Shown here: positions 63,377-64,000 of the stretch, one piece after another
Layout: each line of letters starts with the position of its first letter
Numbering within the stretch: position 1 is the stretch's first letter
NCBI GenBank assembly: GCA_050732695.1
Contig: JBOHRL010000053.1
Span: 42,495 to 106,494 of the forward strand
Source of the DNA: Longimicrobiales bacterium
Lineage (GTDB): Bacteria > Gemmatimonadota > Gemmatimonadetes > Longimicrobiales > RSA9
Direction of reading: 5' to 3'
Length of the DNA stretch: 64,000 nucleotides
Position numbers and translations under genes: made by a program
Notes under the pieces: generated by a model
The model's database searches: none
What the model was told of the DNA's origin: nothing
The model's input: only the letters and a program-made list of their open reading frames with translations

Positions 63377-64000
63377 ATGCGGCTTCGAAGACAGGAGGAT
63401 CAGGCAAGGATGACGGATCCGCGGCACAGCGAAGTGCCGGTGGAGGATGCTGCCGATCGAAATCGCATGTCCGCACTCGAGCGAACCGTGCTGCTGGCTG
63501 ACCACCTGGCACGCGAGCAGGCAGCCGCCGGTGTCTGGGATGCTCTCGCGCGTCACGCACCCGCCGTTGTCGGCGGTTGGGCGGCAGCGTGTTTCGTCCC
63601 CGACCACAACGGTGTGCTACACCTGCGCACGGACGACGCAACATGGCCGGACTGCGATGAAGGCGCGCGGCGATTCGAACCTTCTGCAACCGTTCCCGCG
63701 ATGGACGCTGCCGCACTCGCGGGCGCGTTCACGCCTGCGCTGTTCACGCGATCGGCGCTACGCTCCGCGGAGCCTCCGCTTCACGCTCTCGCCTCGATCT
63801 TCGAAGATGACAGGATTGACCGGATCGCGTGTATCAGTGTCGGCGGCCGCGGTCTGCTCGCGGTCCTCGAGAGACGAGCCACTCGCAGCTTCGAGCCCGA
63901 CGATTGGTATCGGCTGCGCACCATCGCCGTACAGGCGGATGTCACGCTCGAGCGTCTCGAGTTACGCCAGCGTCTCGACGTGGTCGCAGCCGGCCACGGA
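63377..64000 (+). CDS. GAF-like domain protein, 5' part (open to the window end)
   Basis: Not in the ORF track because there is no stop. The frame is open from 63341 to 64000. ATG 63377 follows the SD ggagga (63368-63373); ATG 63410 is an alternative. Third-position G+C is high. IACISVGGRGLLAVLERRATRSFEPDDWYRLRTIAVQADVTLERLELRQRL is GAF-like. Confidence 0.5.
   Translation, partial: MRLRRQEDQARMTDPRHSEVPVEDAADRNRMSALERTVLLADHLAREQAAAGVWDALARHAPAVVGGWAAACFVPDHNGVLHLRTDDATWPDCDEGARRFEPSATVPAMDAAALAGAFTPALFTRSALRSAEPPLHALASIFEDDRIDRIACISVGGRGLLAVLERRATRSFEPDDWYRLRTIAVQADVTLERLELRQRLDVVAAGHG

Overview
This is a GC-rich segment (about two-thirds G+C by eye) from a diderm bacterium. The diderm call rests on many lipoprotein and TAT signals, a SusC/SusD pair, a tricorn-type protease and a sigma-54 activator. 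The gene content reminds me of Gemmatimonadota/Acidobacteriota-like genomes, but that is only an impression. I support about 45 CDSs; coordinates include the stop codon, as in the ORF track. I saw no rRNA, tRNA, CRISPR array, integrase or prophage.

Most of the window is housekeeping or envelope metabolism: argG, the H+-pyrophosphatase hppA, cardiolipin synthase, a PQQ dehydrogenase, a tricorn-like protease, an amidase, a sulfatase, a NiCoT-type metal transporter and SusC/SusD. Because of the GC bias, the six-frame track is full of long antisense ORFs and 5'-over-extended ORFs. I trimmed starts to signal peptides or SD sites and discarded the antisense ORFs.

Two accessory patches stand out:
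- 26.4-33.0 kb: a 1038-aa TIR-TM-WD40 protein ends 2 nt from a convergent gene string. That string holds a translationally coupled PafB/PafC-like pair of WYL regulators, preceded by an ARPP-1/DUF6569-like gene. This is my best candidate for an uncharacterised TIR/nucleotide-signalling conflict system.
- 52.5-59.3 kb: an Smr-domain protein, an RHH-antitoxin-like plus minimal nucleotidyltransferase pair, and a 1528-aa Upf1-like SF1 helicase fused to a DUF559/Vsr-like endonuclease.

Other oddities:
- a class-A beta-lactamase-like/M14 carboxypeptidase fusion
- a sigma-54 activator with a pseudo-receiver domain, next to one of two paralogous lipoproteins; the other paralog carries a nested domain insertion
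- TAT-exported aminotransferase and amidase genes
- a roughly 170-nt G-run/C-run inverted repeat
- a perfect 20-bp hairpin
- one decayed gene remnant

All functional calls come from reading motifs by eye. No database search was run.
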